A stretch of DNA of 64,000 nt from assembly GCA_030615625.1 (NCBI GenBank), contig JAUWYX010000007.1, positions 5,327-69,326 on the forward strand, read 5' to 3'. The position numbers and the translations under genes are program-made. Each line of letters opens with the position of its first letter. Within the stretch, counting starts at the first letter, position 1. Source of the stretch: Dehalococcoidia bacterium (lineage in GTDB: Bacteria; Chloroflexota; Dehalococcoidia; GIF9; AB-539-J10). The notes under the pieces are model-generated. The model did not search any database and was not told where the DNA came from. It saw nothing but the letters and a program-made list of their open reading frames with translations. Shown piece after piece: positions 49,136 to 59,539 of this stretch.

Positions 49136-49912
49136 GTGGAAATTCAAATCTTAGGGGCCCATCAGCTCGAGTTAAAAGGGGCGCGGCTAACTTCTCTATT
49201 AATTGATGGTACTTTGGTTGTAGACGCTGGTGGACTCACTTCGGCTCTTTCTCTGGCTGAACAGAAAAAAATAAAGGCCGTTTTGCTTACCCATCACCAC
49301 TTCGACCATATTCGGGATCTGGTTACTCTGGCTGCTAACGCTGCTTACTATTGGCGAGGGCAACTAGTAGCCTACGCCTTGCGCTACACGCTTGATATTG
49401 TCACTACTGGCCTTTTTGATGGCCAGATATATGCCAATTTTCTGGAATATCCCAGTAAAGAGAAGCCGACTCTCATACTCAAGGCTATTGAGCCTTATAG
49501 CAGAAAAACTATCGCTGGTTTTGATGTCTTAGCAGTGCCGGTAAAACATTCCGTACCTGCTGTCGGCTATCAAATTACCTCTTCGGATAATAAAAGCTTG
49601 TTTTACACCAGCGATACCACAGTGGGAATATCCGATTGCTGGCAGCATATTTTCCCTCAGTTGCTTATTACTGAAGTTGCCGGACCCAATAAGTATGGGG
49701 ACTGGCTCAAGAAAGCTGGCCATCTTTGTGCTGAGTTTCTAAAAGAGGAACTCATACAATTTCGCCGACTCAAAGGGTATTTACCTCGCGTCATTGTTAT
49801 TCATATCGGGAATCCTTTTGAGCAAGAGATTAAGGAAGAAGTAGCTCGAGTGGCTCAGGAACTAGAAGCTGATATAAGCCTGGGCTATGAAGACATGAAA
49901 ATTACCTTGTAA
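49136..49912 (+). CDS. MBL-fold metallohydrolase (class II cAMP phosphodiesterase-like)
   Basis: Motifs VDAG, THHHFDH, HSVPAVG, YTSDT and GH. Confidence 0.85.
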   Translation: MEIQILGAHQLELKGARLTSLLIDGTLVVDAGGLTSALSLAEQKKIKAVLLTHHHFDHIRDLVTLAANAAYYWRGQLVAYALRYTLDIVTTGLFDGQIYANFLEYPSKEKPTLILKAIEPYSRKTIAGFDVLAVPVKHSVPAVGYQITSSDNKSLFYTSDTTVGISDCWQHIFPQLLITEVAGPNKYGDWLKKAGHLCAEFLKEELIQFRRLKGYLPRVIVIHIGNPFEQEIKEEVARVAQELEADISLGYEDMKITL

Positions 49913-50020
49913 TTGCCACCCATGGAGTTACTGTTATTCTTTTCTACTGGCAAGTATTTATGGCGTTGCGCCTGAAGGCTGGCGCCATGGCAAGAGTTGC
50001 TATGGCGCCAGCAGTTTTCT

Positions 50021-51385
50021 TCAGCCTACCTTGGGCAGTTCAAGCTGGGCCTTCCTTACTTCTTCCTCGGGATAGGCATAATCTTCAAGTTGCCCCGTTA
50101 GGTATTTCTCATAGGCAGCCAGGTCAAAGTGCCCGTGCCCGCTATGGGCGATAAGGATGGTCTTTGACACACCCTCTTTTTTGCACTTAAGTGCTTCATC
50201 AATAGCTACCTTGAGATTGTGGCATGGCTCAGGACCGCTGATAATGCCCTCGGTGCGGGCAAAGTGTACTCCGGCGGCAAAGGCGGCAGTTTGAGGCACA
50301 GCTACAGCTTCAACCAACCCCAGTCTATGGAGGTGGCATATAGTAGGTGCCATGCCATGATAGCGCAGTCCGCCGGCGTGAATTGGTGGCGGGATAAAGC
50401 CGTGCCCCAGGGTATACATTTTAATCAGGGGCGTCATCCCGGACAGGTCACCAAAATCATAGGCATAAAGTCCCTTGGTCACACTAGGACAGCTTTCCGG
50501 CTCACAGCAGATAATGCGCATGTCTGGCTTCTTGCCGCTAATCTTATCCCGAATCCAGGGGAAGAATTGCCCGGCGAAGTTTGAGCCACCGCCAATGCAG
50601 CCGACAATAATATCAGGGTAAGCGTCTGCCATCTCCATCTGCTTCCGGCATTCCTCCCCGACGATGGTCTGATGGAGCAGGACATGGTTAGCCACGCTGC
50701 CAATCGAATATTTAAAGTCTGGATGTTCTATCATATAATCTACTGCCTCGCTAATAGCCAGACCTAGACTACCGGGACAATCAGGCCATTTTTCCAGCAT
50801 AGCTCGCCCTGACTTGGTCTCTGTACTGGGGCTGGGGACACAGTTAGCCCCCCAGGTCTCCATGGCGATGCGGCGATAAGGCTTCTGGTCATAGCTAATC
50901 CTGACCATATAGACCTTTATCTCTAAACCAAAGAATGCGCCGGCCAGAGCCAGGGCACTGCCCCACTGCCCGGCACCGGTCTCAGTACATAAGCCCTTGA
51001 GCCCTTGTTTCTTGGCATAGTATGCCTGAGCCGTGGCGGTATTGGGCTTGTGGCTCCCCGCTTGGTTTGTCCCCTCGTATTTATAGAAAATCTTGGCTGG
51101 AGTATCCAAGGCTTTCTCCAGCCGATACGCCCGGTGCAACACCGTTGGTCTCCAGGTACGGTAGACCGCCTGCAGTTCCTCAGGGATTTCAATCCAGCGG
51201 TCTGTGGTGTTGAGCTCTTGCTCGGCACATGCCCTGGAAAATAGACCGGCGGCGTCATCTACGGTTGCTGGCTTTCCCGTTCCTGGGTGCAAAAGTGGCG
51301 GCATTGGCTCGGGCATATCAACCATAATGTTATACCACTTGGTTGGCATGTCCTTTTGGTCAAGAAACCACATTGCTCTTTCCAT
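50021..51385 (-). CDS. trpB2: TrpB2-type tryptophan synthase beta-like enzyme
   Basis: Motifs GSHKPNTA, TETGAGQWG, PGSLGLAISEA, HAGGLRYHG and SGHG. Confidence 0.93.
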   Translation of the reverse strand: MERAMWFLDQKDMPTKWYNIMVDMPEPMPPLLHPGTGKPATVDDAAGLFSRACAEQELNTTDRWIEIPEELQAVYRTWRPTVLHRAYRLEKALDTPAKIFYKYEGTNQAGSHKPNTATAQAYYAKKQGLKGLCTETGAGQWGSALALAGAFFGLEIKVYMVRISYDQKPYRRIAMETWGANCVPSPSTETKSGRAMLEKWPDCPGSLGLAISEAVDYMIEHPDFKYSIGSVANHVLLHQTIVGEECRKQMEMADAYPDIIVGCIGGGSNFAGQFFPWIRDKISGKKPDMRIICCEPESCPSVTKGLYAYDFGDLSGMTPLIKMYTLGHGFIPPPIHAGGLRYHGMAPTICHLHRLGLVEAVAVPQTAAFAAGVHFARTEGIISGPEPCHNLKVAIDEALKCKKEGVSKTILIAHSGHGHFDLAAYEKYLTGQLEDYAYPEEEVRKAQLELPKVG

Positions 51386-51454
51386 TTCTCCTCCTTTCGA
51401 TTTCTTGTTCGGCTAACATTTCGGAACTAAGTTACCCTACATATTGACCTCCTT

Positions 51455-52228
51455 TTACAATAAGGCAGCTCTCAGGCATTTAATAAAAGAGCAGGCACTT
51501 CCAAGTGACTTGTCCTCGTCGAGCAACTGTATAATACGGCTGCCCACGATGACCCCATCGGCTACCTTGGCTATTCTTCGGGCTTGCTCTGGAGTGGAGA
51601 CTCCAAAGCCAACACAAAGGGGTTTTTCAGTCCTCTTTCTCACGTTGGCTACGAAGCTTTCCAGTTCCTCGGGGAGTTTAGCCCTGGCGCCAGTGACACC
51701 GGTCAGCGAAACTAAGTAGATAAAGCCGCTTGACCTGCTGGCCACTAGTTGGATGCGTTCTTCGGTGCTAGCCGGGCTGAGAAGATAAATAAGGTCGAGC
51801 CCGTGCCTTTTAGTTGATTGTTCCAGGTCCTTTCCTTCCTCGGGTGGGAGGTCAGGTATTATTAGCCCATCAATCCCCACCTCGGCGCACTTCGAACAGA
51901 ATTGCTCCAACCCGAACTTCAGCACAGGGTTGTAATAGGTCATAAACACCAGCGGAATTTCTACTCGCTGCCTTAGCTCTTGGACCAGTTCAAAACAGAG
52001 TTTGGGGGTAATGCCTTGCCTGAGCGCTTCATAACTTGCTCGCTGGATGGTGGCACCGTCAGCCAGGGGGTCGGAAAAGGGGATGCCAAGCTCGATGATG
52101 TCACACCCGCTGCTGGCAAAAAGAGGCACTACTTTCAAGGTTGTTTCAACACTGGGATAACCTACTGTGATGTAGGGAATAAGAGCAGTATGGCTTGCTT
52201 GGGCAAAAGATGAAGCGATGCGGCTCAA
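51455..52228 (-). CDS. trpA: Tryptophan synthase alpha chain
   Basis: Motifs [21 protein letters not shown] and VIVGS. Confidence 0.97.
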   Translation of the reverse strand: MSRIASSFAQASHTALIPYITVGYPSVETTLKVVPLFASSGCDIIELGIPFSDPLADGATIQRASYEALRQGITPKLCFELVQELRQRVEIPLVFMTYYNPVLKFGLEQFCSKCAEVGIDGLIIPDLPPEEGKDLEQSTKRHGLDLIYLLSPASTEERIQLVASRSSGFIYLVSLTGVTGARAKLPEELESFVANVRKRTEKPLCVGFGVSTPEQARRIAKVADGVIVGSRIIQLLDEDKSLGSACSFIKCLRAALL

Positions 52229-53430
52229 AGCTTCACCCCCAATGCCTTGACTACAATATCCATATCCTTATCGCCATGCCCACTCAAGTTGACTACAATA
52301 ATTTGTTCCTTATTCAGGGAACCTGCCATTTTGGACGCATAGGATATAGCGTGGGCTGGTTCAAGCGCCGGAACAATGCCTTCGGTCTGGCAGAGAAGCT
52401 GGAAAGCTTTCAGCGCCTCCTTATCATCCACTGCCACATAGGTGGCACGTCCAATACTCTTGTAGTAACTATGCTCGGGACCTACTCCGGGATAATCCAG
52501 CCCGGCGGAAATGCTTTGAGTCCCCAGGATCTGTCCGGCATCGTCCTGGAGGACATAGGATTTCGTCCCATGCAAAACTCCTACCGTACCGGCAACCAGA
52601 GAGGCGGCGTGTCTTCCAGTCTTGATTCCCCTTCCTGCCGCTTCTACCCCGATGAACTTGACGTTTTTATCGTTCACAAAGGGGTGGAAAATCCCGATGG
52701 CGTTGCTTCCTCCGCCCACGCAGGCGATGATATAGTCAGGCAAACGATTGCACTTAGCTAAAATCTGCTCTCTGGCTTCTTTGCCTATGATTGATTGAAA
52801 ATCACGCACCATTACCGGGTAAGGATGAGGCCCCACTGCCGAGCCCAGAAGGTAGTAAGTATTTCTGACGTTGGTCACCCAATCTCTAATCGCCTCATTG
52901 ATGGCGTCTTTCAGGGTTCTGGTACCTGAGGAAACAGGACGCAGCTCGGCACCTAGCAGCTTCATACGGAAGACGTTGAGGGCTTGACGCTGCACATCTT
53001 CCTCACCCATATAGACAATACAATCCAGGCCCAACTTGGCACATATGGTGGCAGCAGCTACCCCGTGTTGTCCAGCACCAGTCTCAGCAATAATCCTTCG
53101 TTTTTTCATCCTCCTGGCGAGGAGACCTTGTCCCAGAGCATTGTTTATCTTATGGGCTCCAGTGTGAAGCAGGTCCTCCCTTTTAAGGAAGATTTGTGCC
53201 CCCCCGCAATGCTTGGTAAGCCTTTCAGCGAAATAAAGTGGCGTTGGCCTTCCCGAATAATCACGGGACAGGGAATCGAATTCAGCCCAGAAGGACGGAT
53301 CACGCTTTGCCTCTTCGTAAGCTGTTTCCAGTTCGCCCAAGGCCGGCATAAGAGTTTCAGGCACGAATTTGCCGCCAAATTCCTCGAAATAACCGTGAGA
53401 ATCAGGTAGCTGCTTGTCTTCTCTCATCAA
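52225..53430 (-). CDS. trpB: Tryptophan synthase beta chain (TrpB1)
   Basis: Motifs [29 protein letters not shown] and NLSGHGDKD. Confidence 0.97.
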   Translation of the reverse strand: MMREDKQLPDSHGYFEEFGGKFVPETLMPALGELETAYEEAKRDPSFWAEFDSLSRDYSGRPTPLYFAERLTKHCGGAQIFLKREDLLHTGAHKINNALGQGLLARRMKKRRIIAETGAGQHGVAAATICAKLGLDCIVYMGEEDVQRQALNVFRMKLLGAELRPVSSGTRTLKDAINEAIRDWVTNVRNTYYLLGSAVGPHPYPVMVRDFQSIIGKEAREQILAKCNRLPDYIIACVGGGSNAIGIFHPFVNDKNVKFIGVEAAGRGIKTGRHAASLVAGTVGVLHGTKSYVLQDDAGQILGTQSISAGLDYPGVGPEHSYYKSIGRATYVAVDDKEALKAFQLLCQTEGIVPALEPAHAISYASKMAGSLNKEQIIVVNLSGHGDKDMDIVVKALGVKL

Positions 53431-54085
53431 CTTTCCTTACCTCTTCGATGAACGTTCTTATTTTGGCTATATCCTTGACCCCTCCCGTCTCTACGCCGGA
53501 GGAGACATCCACTCCCCAGGGTGCCACCCTCTGGATTAGCTTAGCTACATTCTTCGGGTCGAGTCCACCGGCAATAATGACCGGAAACCTCTTAGCTACC
53601 TGCTGAGCTAAGTTCCAGTTGAAGCTTTCTCCTGTTCCGCCATATTTGCCTTCAACTTGGGAGTCAAGGAGGGCGATAAACCTTTGTGCGGGAAGTAATT
53701 TGCCTCCGGCGGATAGTTCAGCGTAGAGTTCTGCGGGGGATTGCTGGTCTATTCGAATTGCCTTGATAACCGGTCTAACAACCTCGCGGCAATACTCCCA
53801 GGATTCATCGCCACTTAGCTGAACCCAATCTAAAGCACAGAAATCGGCGAGCTCATTTACCTGGGAACCCGGTGCATTGACAAAGACGCCGACCACTTTT
53901 GTGGCATTGCTGCTTTTTTTAACTGCACTGGCTATCTCACATGCCTTGGCAGGACTTACCTGTCGTTGACTGGGAGCGAAGACTAACCCGATAAAATCAG
54001 CACCAGCCTCAACCGCTGCTAGAGCATGGGTCTTATCTCTAATCCCGCAAATCTTGACACGGGTAGATGATGAAAATTCCTTCAT
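53402..54085 (-). CDS. trpF: Phosphoribosylanthranilate isomerase
   Basis: Motifs VKICG, GGTG, AGGL and DVSSGVE. Confidence 0.95.
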   Translation of the reverse strand: MKEFSSSTRVKICGIRDKTHALAAVEAGADFIGLVFAPSQRQVSPAKACEIASAVKKSSNATKVVGVFVNAPGSQVNELADFCALDWVQLSGDESWEYCREVVRPVIKAIRIDQQSPAELYAELSAGGKLLPAQRFIALLDSQVEGKYGGTGESFNWNLAQQVAKRFPVIIAGGLDPKNVAKLIQRVAPWGVDVSSGVETGGVKDIAKIRTFIEEVRKVDERRQAAT

Positions 54086-54849
54086 CTTAGCAACTCCTTC
54101 ATCTTAGCCAGGACATCACCGGCGGTAACCAGAGCCTCGCCAACAAGTACAGCATCAACTCCCCATTTCCCGAGCTTTTCAATATCTCTTTTGCTTTTAA
54201 TGCCGCTCTCGCTAACTACAATCCGCTCCTGGGGAATGAGAGGCCGCAATCGGCGGGTCATATTGATGTCAATAGAAAATGTATTGAGGTCTCGATTATT
54301 AATTCCGATGATTTCCGCTTCACTGAGAACTGCTCTTTCCACCTCGCCTTTATTGTGCGCTTCAACTAGGCACCTTAAACCAAGGCTGTGACTCAGCGAG
54401 ATGAGTTCCTTAAGCTGTTCCTGGCTCAGGATGGCTACTATTAACAACAAAGCATCAGCGCCATAGGCCCGAGACTCATATACCTGATAAAGGTCGAAGA
54501 TGAAATCCTTTCTCAGCAATGGAAGCCCAACCACTTCTTTGATTGCTGCTAGGTGCTCAATGCTGCCCATAAAATAATTTGCCTCAGTGAGCACTGAAAT
54601 AGCAGCAGCACCACCTTCGGCATAGGTCTGGGCTAACTCGATGGGGTTGAAGTTGGGACTTAGCATCCCCCGTGATGGGGAGGCTTGCTTCACCTCAGCA
54701 ATCAGTCGAATGTGGTCGCCCTTGAGAGCCAGGGCGAGGTCAAGCGCCGGCTTCTGCCGGGCAATATGTTGTTGCAAATAAGTTATGGTAGCTACCTTCT
54801 TTCTTTGCTCAACCTCTTCCCTTTTTTGAGCGATAATTTTATCCAACAT
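54082..54849 (-). CDS. trpC: Indole-3-glycerol phosphate synthase
   Basis: Motifs IAEVKQASPS, SVLTE, LRKDF, GINNR and ESGI. Confidence 0.96.
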   Translation of the reverse strand: MLDKIIAQKREEVEQRKKVATITYLQQHIARQKPALDLALALKGDHIRLIAEVKQASPSRGMLSPNFNPIELAQTYAEGGAAAISVLTEANYFMGSIEHLAAIKEVVGLPLLRKDFIFDLYQVYESRAYGADALLLIVAILSQEQLKELISLSHSLGLRCLVEAHNKGEVERAVLSEAEIIGINNRDLNTFSIDINMTRRLRPLIPQERIVVSESGIKSKRDIEKLGKWGVDAVLVGEALVTAGDVLAKMKELLR

Positions 54850-54901
54850 TTCCTTTTCCCAGCTTCCAGCAATCAGTTACCAGCTAAACGCCGAATGCTG
54901 G

Positions 54902-55924
54902 CTACTCCTCATTTAGGCTGTGGCTGAGCTTGATTAGCTCGTCGAGTTTAGCCAAAGCTTTTCCATTGTCGAGCGTCTTCTCGGCAATGGAGGCACCTTC
55001 TTTGAGGTCTGATGCTTGGTTGCCAGCCACCAGCGCGGCAGCAGCATTCATGATAACTATGTTCCGCCTGGCTCCCACCTCTCCGCTTAATATGCCGCGC
55101 AGTATCTTAGCATTTTGCCTGGCTGTTCCTCCCTTAATTTGGGTCATGCTTGCCTTCATAAACCCCAAATCATCAGGAGAAACTTCGTAGGGTGGCGATA
55201 CTCGATGTTGAGTGATATCCCACACCAGAGATTTCCCACTGATGGAGATTTCATCCATGTCATCTGTGCCGTGTACCACCAGGGAATGCTCTGTGCCCAG
55301 ACGGTGGAGAACAGAGGCAATCTTCTCTCCCAGTTCCTTAGAGGGAACACCGATGACCTGAAACTTGGCTTTGGCGGGGTTAGTAAGGGGACCGAGAATA
55401 TTAAACACAGTACGAATTCCGATTTCGCGTCGGGGGGCAGCGGCATATTTCATCGCTGGGTGAAAGCTGGGAGCGAATATGAAGCCGATGCCTATTGTCT
55501 CCAGACATTGAGCGACAGCCTCAGCATCAAGGTCAATCTTCACCCCCAATGCCTCCAGGACATCGGCACTGCCGCACTGGCTGGATATTGCCCGATTACC
55601 ATGCTTGGCCACCTTGAGTCCTGCGCCGGCGACAATGAAAGCGGCTGTTGTGGAGATATTAAAGCTAGAAGAGCCATCGCCCCCTGTCCCGCAAGTGTCA
55701 ACCACTGGTGAAGTGACCTGAACCGGCGTTGCCTTAGCCTGCATGACGCTGGCTAAGCCAGCAATCTCGTCCACCGTCTCTCCTTTAATACGCAGGGCGG
55801 TGACGAAAGCGGCAAACTGGGCTGGCGTGGCCTCGCCAATCATTATCTCCTCCATTACGGCTGCCCCCTGCTCAAAGGTCAGCGAGCGACCGTTGACCAC
55901 AGTTTCAATGGCTTCTTTAATCAT
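54902..55924 (-). CDS. trpD: Anthranilate phosphoribosyltransferase
   Basis: Motifs DTCGTGGDG, NIST, KHGN, GSAD and FNILGPL. Confidence 0.97.
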   Translation of the reverse strand: MIKEAIETVVNGRSLTFEQGAAVMEEIMIGEATPAQFAAFVTALRIKGETVDEIAGLASVMQAKATPVQVTSPVVDTCGTGGDGSSSFNISTTAAFIVAGAGLKVAKHGNRAISSQCGSADVLEALGVKIDLDAEAVAQCLETIGIGFIFAPSFHPAMKYAAAPRREIGIRTVFNILGPLTNPAKAKFQVIGVPSKELGEKIASVLHRLGTEHSLVVHGTDDMDEISISGKSLVWDITQHRVSPPYEVSPDDLGFMKASMTQIKGGTARQNAKILRGILSGEVGARRNIVIMNAAAALVAGNQASDLKEGASIAEKTLDNGKALAKLDELIKLSHSLNEE

Positions 55925-56015
55925 CACTGTGCTCCTTGTTTTAGAAAATTCTTCAACAAACCTTTCCCACGACGGTCATAATTAATTCAGGGCAAAACCG
56001 AACGCGTAAAAGCAT
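55924..56015 (-). pseudogene. trpG: trpG remnant (internal deletion plus frameshift)
   Basis: Reads MLL-RVRFCPELIMTVVGK then, after a frameshift, LLKNFLKQGAQ*. This matches the TrpG N-terminus (MLL) joined to the C-terminal GVQFHPES..G..LLKNF motif, in the canonical position between trpE and trpD. Confidence 0.8.
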
Positions 56016-56017
56016 AG

Positions 56018-57445
56018 CTAATCAGCCTCCGCTTGGTCAATAGCAGCGAGCAATGCTTGCGCTTTTGTCAGGCTTTCCTGGTATTCGCGCTCAGGGATGC
56101 TATCGGCGACGATGCCAGCACCCGCTTGGATATAAGCGATGTTATCTTTGATAATAACGGTACGTATAGTGATAGCGGTATCCAGGTTGCCCGAGAAGTC
56201 GAAATAGCCTACTGCGCCGGCATAGGGTCCCCGTTTCTCTCTTTCCAGTTCGGCGATGATCTCCATAGCCCGAATTTTGGGAGCGCCGGAAACAGTGCCG
56301 GCAGGAAAGCAAGAGCGGAGGGCATCAAACTGAGAAAGTCCAGCCCTGAGCCTGCCCTGAACGTGAGATACTAGATGCATAACATGGGAATAGCGTTCCA
56401 CATCCATAAGCTGAGTTACCTCGACTGTGCCCGGCTCGCTAATTCTCCCGATGTCATTACGCCCCAGGTCAACGAGCATGATATGTTCAGCACACTCTTT
56501 TTTATCCTTCTTGAGTTCCTCTTCCAAAGCCAGGTCTTCAGTGGTATCCTTACCCCGAGGGCGAGTGCCGGCAATAGGATGAGTGGATACTATGTCATCC
56601 TCGACTCGCACCAGAAGCTCGGGAGAGGCTCCGGCGATATAGAAATCACCTAAGTGGAGGTAGTACATGTAGGGAGAAGGGTTAATAGAGCGCAACGCCC
56701 GATATATGGCAAAGGGATTGGCATAGGTAGGTCTTGCCAACCGCTGTGATAAGACAGCCTGAATTATATCGCCGGCATAGATATACTCCTTGGCTTGAGA
56801 TACTATAGCCTCGAACTCTGCCGGAGAAAAATTTGATGACACTTCAGACCTATTTGGTGGCGCATTCTTAAGAGTCTTAGAATGAATCGGCTGCTCCAAC
56901 CTGTCCACCAGGTCGTCAATTTTACAAGTTGCCTCCCGATACGCTGTGTCAACATCCCCATCTAAGTGAACGTGAGAGACAACCTTGATTTTGTGGGTAA
57001 TATGGTCGAAAACAAGCAAGGTATCTGCCAGCATCAACACAGACTCGGGGAGTCCTTGGGGATCTTGATCGGGACAGGGCAGTCTCTCAAAGTGGCGGGC
57101 AACCTCGTAGCTCAAGTAGCCAACCATGCCACCATGGAATCGGGGAAGGTCGGCAACGGACACGGGACGAAGTCGAGCGAACTCCCTCTCCACCAGATTC
57201 AATGGGTCAACGGGATTCTCATTTCCTGTCCTTAAGACAAGAGAGGGCTCGGTGCCAATGAAGCTATAGCGGGCCAGTCGCTCACCACCCTCAACACTTT
57301 CTAGAAGGAAGGAGTAATTGCCGCGGGCTATCTTAAGGTAAGCGGATACCGGCGTCTCCAGGTCGGCCTGAATGTCACGGCAAACTGGTACCAAATTGCC
57401 ATACTTCTTCAGTTGGCGAACCTCTTCCAGTGTTGGATAATACAT
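56018..57445 (-). CDS. trpE: Anthranilate synthase component I
   Basis: Motifs LLES, NPSPYM, PIAGTR, EHIMLVDLGRND and PAGTVSGAPK. Confidence 0.97.
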   Translation of the reverse strand: MYYPTLEEVRQLKKYGNLVPVCRDIQADLETPVSAYLKIARGNYSFLLESVEGGERLARYSFIGTEPSLVLRTGNENPVDPLNLVEREFARLRPVSVADLPRFHGGMVGYLSYEVARHFERLPCPDQDPQGLPESVLMLADTLLVFDHITHKIKVVSHVHLDGDVDTAYREATCKIDDLVDRLEQPIHSKTLKNAPPNRSEVSSNFSPAEFEAIVSQAKEYIYAGDIIQAVLSQRLARPTYANPFAIYRALRSINPSPYMYYLHLGDFYIAGASPELLVRVEDDIVSTHPIAGTRPRGKDTTEDLALEEELKKDKKECAEHIMLVDLGRNDIGRISEPGTVEVTQLMDVERYSHVMHLVSHVQGRLRAGLSQFDALRSCFPAGTVSGAPKIRAMEIIAELEREKRGPYAGAVGYFDFSGNLDTAITIRTVIIKDNIAYIQAGAGIVADSIPEREYQESLTKAQALLAAIDQAEAD

Positions 57446-57454
57446 ATCACCTCA

Positions 57455-57730
57455 CAATAAAAAAACCTCTCGCCAAGGGGCGAGAGGTTTAACCTTCGCG
57501 GTGCCACCCTTTTTCGGCCTTTTCGGCCATCTCTTTTCAGGTACAGCCCAATTTGGCGATACCCTAAGCTGTGATAACGCTGTCCCTGCGACAAAGCCTA
57601 CTAGGTGTTAACCTTTCGGTTTGCGGCTCCCAGGTCCATTCCAGCCTCGCGCAAGTATCGGCTCACACCTTCCCCGACTCTCTGAACTCCGCCTTAAGCT
57701 GTACTAGTCCTGTTCTCAGCCTTTTCCCAT
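57455..57730 (-). promoter_or_regulatory. T-box riboswitch with a Trp specifier and transcription terminator
   Basis: Minus strand AGTA and CAGAGAG boxes, specifier GAA-TGG-A (57636-57638), T-box AGGGTGGCACCGCG (57497-57510), and terminator AAACCTCTCGCC..GGCGAGAGGTTTTTTT. Confidence 0.93.
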
Positions 57731-57744
57731 ATTTAATTGTTTAA

Positions 57745-57773
57745 AATATAAACCTTGTCCTTTAGTTTGTCAA
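57745..57773 (-). promoter_or_regulatory. Sigma70 promoter of the trp operon
   Basis: TTGACA-17 nt-TATATT. Confidence 0.7.
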
Positions 57774-57834
57774 TAGCGTGATTTAAATGGGGCTCAATGG
57801 ATAGAATAAAGGACCTTCAGTATAGTGTTCAGCC

Positions 57835-58452
57835 TTATTTTTTATTTGTGTTTTCGGGCCAGTATCTAGGGATAAGGTCACAATGAGTATGAGTCAAACT
57901 CCACCGCATATCTTGCCGGCTCGTGCTTTGCTTGTCTCCTTTGGCTATCGTTAGTGTGAGCGAGCCAGTATAAAAGGCGTCATTGTCAAACGATATGGGA
58001 AAAATTACGCTCATTGCAAGGTCAGCAGCATTATCATCTCTCCGAGGGTCAATTATGGAGAAGTGTGCGGCTACCTTATGTCTCCATAGATAGACCTGGG
58101 GTAAAACACGCTCCATATATTCTCGGGCCTTACTTGAGTCGCCATTATTGGCCAGCCAACCCACCATCTTCACATAGTTGCATGCTGTCACTGCGTACCA
58201 GTGGAAAGCGCATGCCACTAAGTTTTGGTTAATTCCTTGCATCTCTGGGGCATTACCAAACATAACAACCTGTTTGTTCTCCGGTAATCTCTTAATTACC
58301 TCGGCTTCCACCCTTTGCACTTGCTCATATAAAAACCTAAGGCCCATGGCGAGATAAGCTAAGGAGTGAACTTCGTTAAAGTACTCTTTTTCTTGTTCGT
58401 CCGACAGTTTGAGATTAGCGATATGGTCGATAACTCTCACGAGGCCCTCCAA
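57835..58452 (-). CDS. Hypothetical protein, possible HEPN-domain RNase
   Basis: Predominantly helical-looking sequence containing WRHKVAAH (R-x5-H). Confidence 0.55.
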   Translation of the reverse strand: MEGLVRVIDHIANLKLSDEQEKEYFNEVHSLAYLAMGLRFLYEQVQRVEAEVIKRLPENKQVVMFGNAPEMQGINQNLVACAFHWYAVTACNYVKMVGWLANNGDSSKAREYMERVLPQVYLWRHKVAAHFSIIDPRRDDNAADLAMSVIFPISFDNDAFYTGSLTLTIAKGDKQSTSRQDMRWSLTHTHCDLIPRYWPENTNKK

Positions 58453-58566
58453 TAATATCTTTAGCTACTTCGCTAAATTCTGCAGGTGAGAAATGATGCC
58501 TTATTTCTAGCTCACCAAAATTGAAAAAACTAGTCGGGGAAACTAATAATGGGGGAAACCTCTTCC

Positions 58567-59394
58567 TCATTGAAGCCCAAACACTCGTTTGGCATTGTCA
58601 CAGAGGAACAATTTCTTCACGTCATCGCTGAGTTCAAGGGTATCAAGGTCTTTTAAACACCTCTCTGCTGTAACCATCGGGTAATTAGTTCCGAACATAA
58701 CCTTCTTTTTGCCGTTCTTCTTCATGTAATTCACTAATTCCACCGGATATCTTTTAGCGATATAGGCCGAGGTATCTATGTATACATTTTCGTGTTTCGT
58801 TGCCACCGCTATCATTTCCACCGTCCAGGGATACCCGATGTGCCCCCCCACGATTTTGAGTTCGGGAAATTCAATGGCTACCTCATCAATATAAGGGATA
58901 GGCCGTCCTGGTTCGGAAGGACAAAGAGGACCAGTATGGCCGACCTGGCAACAGAATGGAATCCCAAGCTCGATACACTCGGCGTATAGGGGATAATAGC
59001 GCCTGTCAGTCGGGGGCAGGTTCCAGTACCATTGGACAATTCTCAAGCCCTTAAAGCCAAGCTGACGCACGCAGCGTCTCAGCTCTCGAATGCCATCCAT
59101 AGGTCGGTACAAATTAACCGACGCTATGCCCACAAAGCGGTCAGGATACTGTTTGACAATAGCTGACACCTCGTCGTTTGATATGGTTGGCCCCTGAGGG
59201 CCCCACCAGGCACATATTAGACCCAACTGAACACCCGCTTCATCCATGGCACCGATGGTGAGTTCTACCGGAACATCCTCAGTCAATTCCCCTGTGCCTG
59301 TCCATCTGCGAAGAGAATCAAAAATAGGCTGGTTTAAATGTTTAGGTGTCGGGTGCTGCATCCAGACATCAATGATTCCATAATCTTCTGCCAT
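58567..59394 (-). CDS. Amidohydrolase_2 family protein
   Basis: Motifs SNDEV, YPDRF, GHIGYPW, YIDTS and MFGTNYP. Confidence 0.9.
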   Translation of the reverse strand: MAEDYGIIDVWMQHPTPKHLNQPIFDSLRRWTGTGELTEDVPVELTIGAMDEAGVQLGLICAWWGPQGPTISNDEVSAIVKQYPDRFVGIASVNLYRPMDGIRELRRCVRQLGFKGLRIVQWYWNLPPTDRRYYPLYAECIELGIPFCCQVGHTGPLCPSEPGRPIPYIDEVAIEFPELKIVGGHIGYPWTVEMIAVATKHENVYIDTSAYIAKRYPVELVNYMKKNGKKKVMFGTNYPMVTAERCLKDLDTLELSDDVKKLFLCDNAKRVFGLQ

Positions 59395-59539
59395 GATATC
59401 CTCCGATTGGTAACACCTTAAATCTTATGCCTTGGACATATTACAATTATAATAGGAAAATTGCAACGTGGCCCTTTCCCCAGCCCTCTGTGATAAGCCC
59501 TGGCTGCCGACCTAAGTGAGGTGAATAAAATTAACGAGA

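Noticed and set aside
57409-57594. 61-aa ORF as a trp leader peptide
   Set aside because: It has no tandem Trp codons, and the region is fully explained by the T-box.
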